This document shows, piece after piece, positions 61,798 to 63,442 of a stretch of 63,442 nt of DNA. Under the pieces are notes generated by a model. The model did not search any database. It had not been told where the DNA came from and worked only from the letters and a program-made list of their open reading frames with translations. Each line of letters begins with the position of its first letter. Within the stretch, counting starts at the first letter, position 1. Both the position numbers and the translations under genes were made by a program. The stretch is from NCBI GenBank assembly GCA_003427395.1, contig BFEA01000015.1, forward strand, positions 6,571,859 to 6,635,300, written 5' to 3'. This DNA is from Chara braunii (Eukaryota > Plantae > Charophyceae).

Positions 61798-63442
61798 ATT
61801 ATTTTTATTTTGTATTTGAAATTTTTATTTTAAATTTAGTAAATAATTTCGATATGACCATAAGACAAAAGTTGTTTAGTTTATTTTTCTGCATAACATG
61901 TTTGTTTTCGGGATTTTTTTTATTTTTTTTCGAGGGTTGGGACCTTCCTCGATCCTTGCACGACCGGGCCGCTCGAAAAAATGAGGTAACCCGGGTGGCC
62001 TGGTTGGTAACCGAGATTCGGATTCAGAATTCCGGAACAAATGGGTGTGCAGGATATCCGGTTTTGCTCCCTAGTGTATTTCGTCCATAACTAAACCTTT
62101 GTCATTATCTTAGCCGTATAATATACAATTGTTCTCGTTTTATCCCGGTCCCTCATCTAGAGTTTTGATTTAAGGTAGGTTGGATGTTAATAGACTTGTT
62201 TGGTTGACGAAGCTATTAAGGCTACGCATGTTAGTGTGAAGACGAAGATCCCTAATGAAGACAAATTACTAATTGAACTATATATTTATATTTTAAATGT
62301 TGTAAAACATAAAATATATTGGTATTTTGCAAGGGGGAAATTTTTCACAAAATATGAAAAAATGATATTTAATTTTATGGGTAGATGTTTTTTTGATTGC
62401 AATGGTTATGATTAATGAAAAAGATATCCCGCCCTTTTTTTCTGAAAGACCTCTGCGTTTGACGTACCCTCTAATGCCCCTGTTGTTCGTTTTATAAAAC
62501 AAAGTTTGGGGATTCAATTGTTGAGGGCGATAAGAAAATTCCTAAGTTATTTTTTTAGAAATCCGGATGGCCCTGGACCATCCAGAATATCCGGCCTGAA
62601 AAATACCCCCGGAAGAACCCGGAAATAAACATCTCGGGCCTTGCGCAAAATAGGCGTTGGGCTTCTTCTTAGGGTCTAGGGGCGCGAAGGGGTTTTGATC
62701 AACCCCTAGCAGCACCTCGTTGTGGTGGATCCCGAGAGGGACCCACAAATTTCGAAAAAAAAAAGGCCCGATCTGGGTCGTCGGTCCACCAAGATCAATG
62801 GCCCAGATCGGGCCAATTTTGAATTTGAAATCACGCTGTGCCGCTGGCCCGCTGCTTGCTGCCCCAGTGTTTGTTGCCCTGCTGATCGCTGCTCGCTGCC
62901 CCGCGGCCCTGCTGCTCGCTGCCCCCTGCCCCGCTGCCCCGTTGTTCCGCTGCTGCAGGCATAGCCGCCGCCGCTGGAGCCATCTCCAGGTGCTCCTCCT
63001 CCTCTACTCGTCGCTGAAGGTGAGTCTCTACCTCCTCCTCTACTCGTCGCTGAAGGTGAGTCTCTACCTCCTCCTCCTCCTCCTCCCCTTCTTCTTCTTC
63101 CTCCTCCTCGACTTTCACCTCCTCCACCTCCTTCACCTCCCCCTCCTCCTCCTCTTCCTACTCGTCTTCCACCTCCTCCTCCTCCTCCTCCTCCTCCTCG
63201 TTTTCCACCTCCTCCTCCTCCTCCTCCTCCCTTTGCTCCTCCTCTTCCTCCCGCTGTTCCGCTAATGCAGGCATAATCGCCGCCCCTGGAGCCATCGCCG
63301 AGTGCTGCTCCTCCTCTACTCGTCGCTGAAGGTGGGCCTCCACCTCCTCCTCTTCCTTCTCCTCCTCTTCCTACTCGTCTTCCTACTCATATTCCACCTC
63401 CTCCTCCTCCTCCTCCTCCTCCTCCTCCTCCTCCTCCTCCTC

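Overview
Repeat-rich eukaryotic nuclear DNA with several assembly gaps. The large TE-filled introns, N-terminal-GIY-YIG Penelope elements and plant-type U2/SF1 sequences suggest a streptophyte alga such as Chara (inference only). There is one clear host gene: the 3' part of an SF1/BBP-like (branchpoint-binding) gene on +. It has two small CCHC zinc-knuckle exons (26533-26633, 27128-27199) and a 5.7-kb terminal exon (27606-33329) encoding about 1,900 aa of P/G/Q/M-rich sequence, with no RRM. No KH-QUA2 exons were recognisable in the 26 kb upstream. A 3'-truncated U2 snRNA copy lies about 2.8 kb upstream of the first knuckle exon. Downstream are two degenerate Penelope-like retroelements with the permuted (Chlamys/Naiad-type) GIY-YIG-then-RT order and a separate ORF1 carrying a Gag-like CCHC knuckle and a coiled coil. 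One copy is essentially full length (40469-46249, minus strand), with terminal direct repeats, a candidate 5'-UTR intron and a nested hAT-type MITE. The rest of the window holds tRNA-derived SINEs, CTAG- and TTAA-bounded MITEs, foldbacks, LINE remnants, a USP-like His-box remnant, a 28S rRNA fragment, two hairpin-dense segments and many simple or tandem repeats. Most ORFs in the supplied track are spurious.
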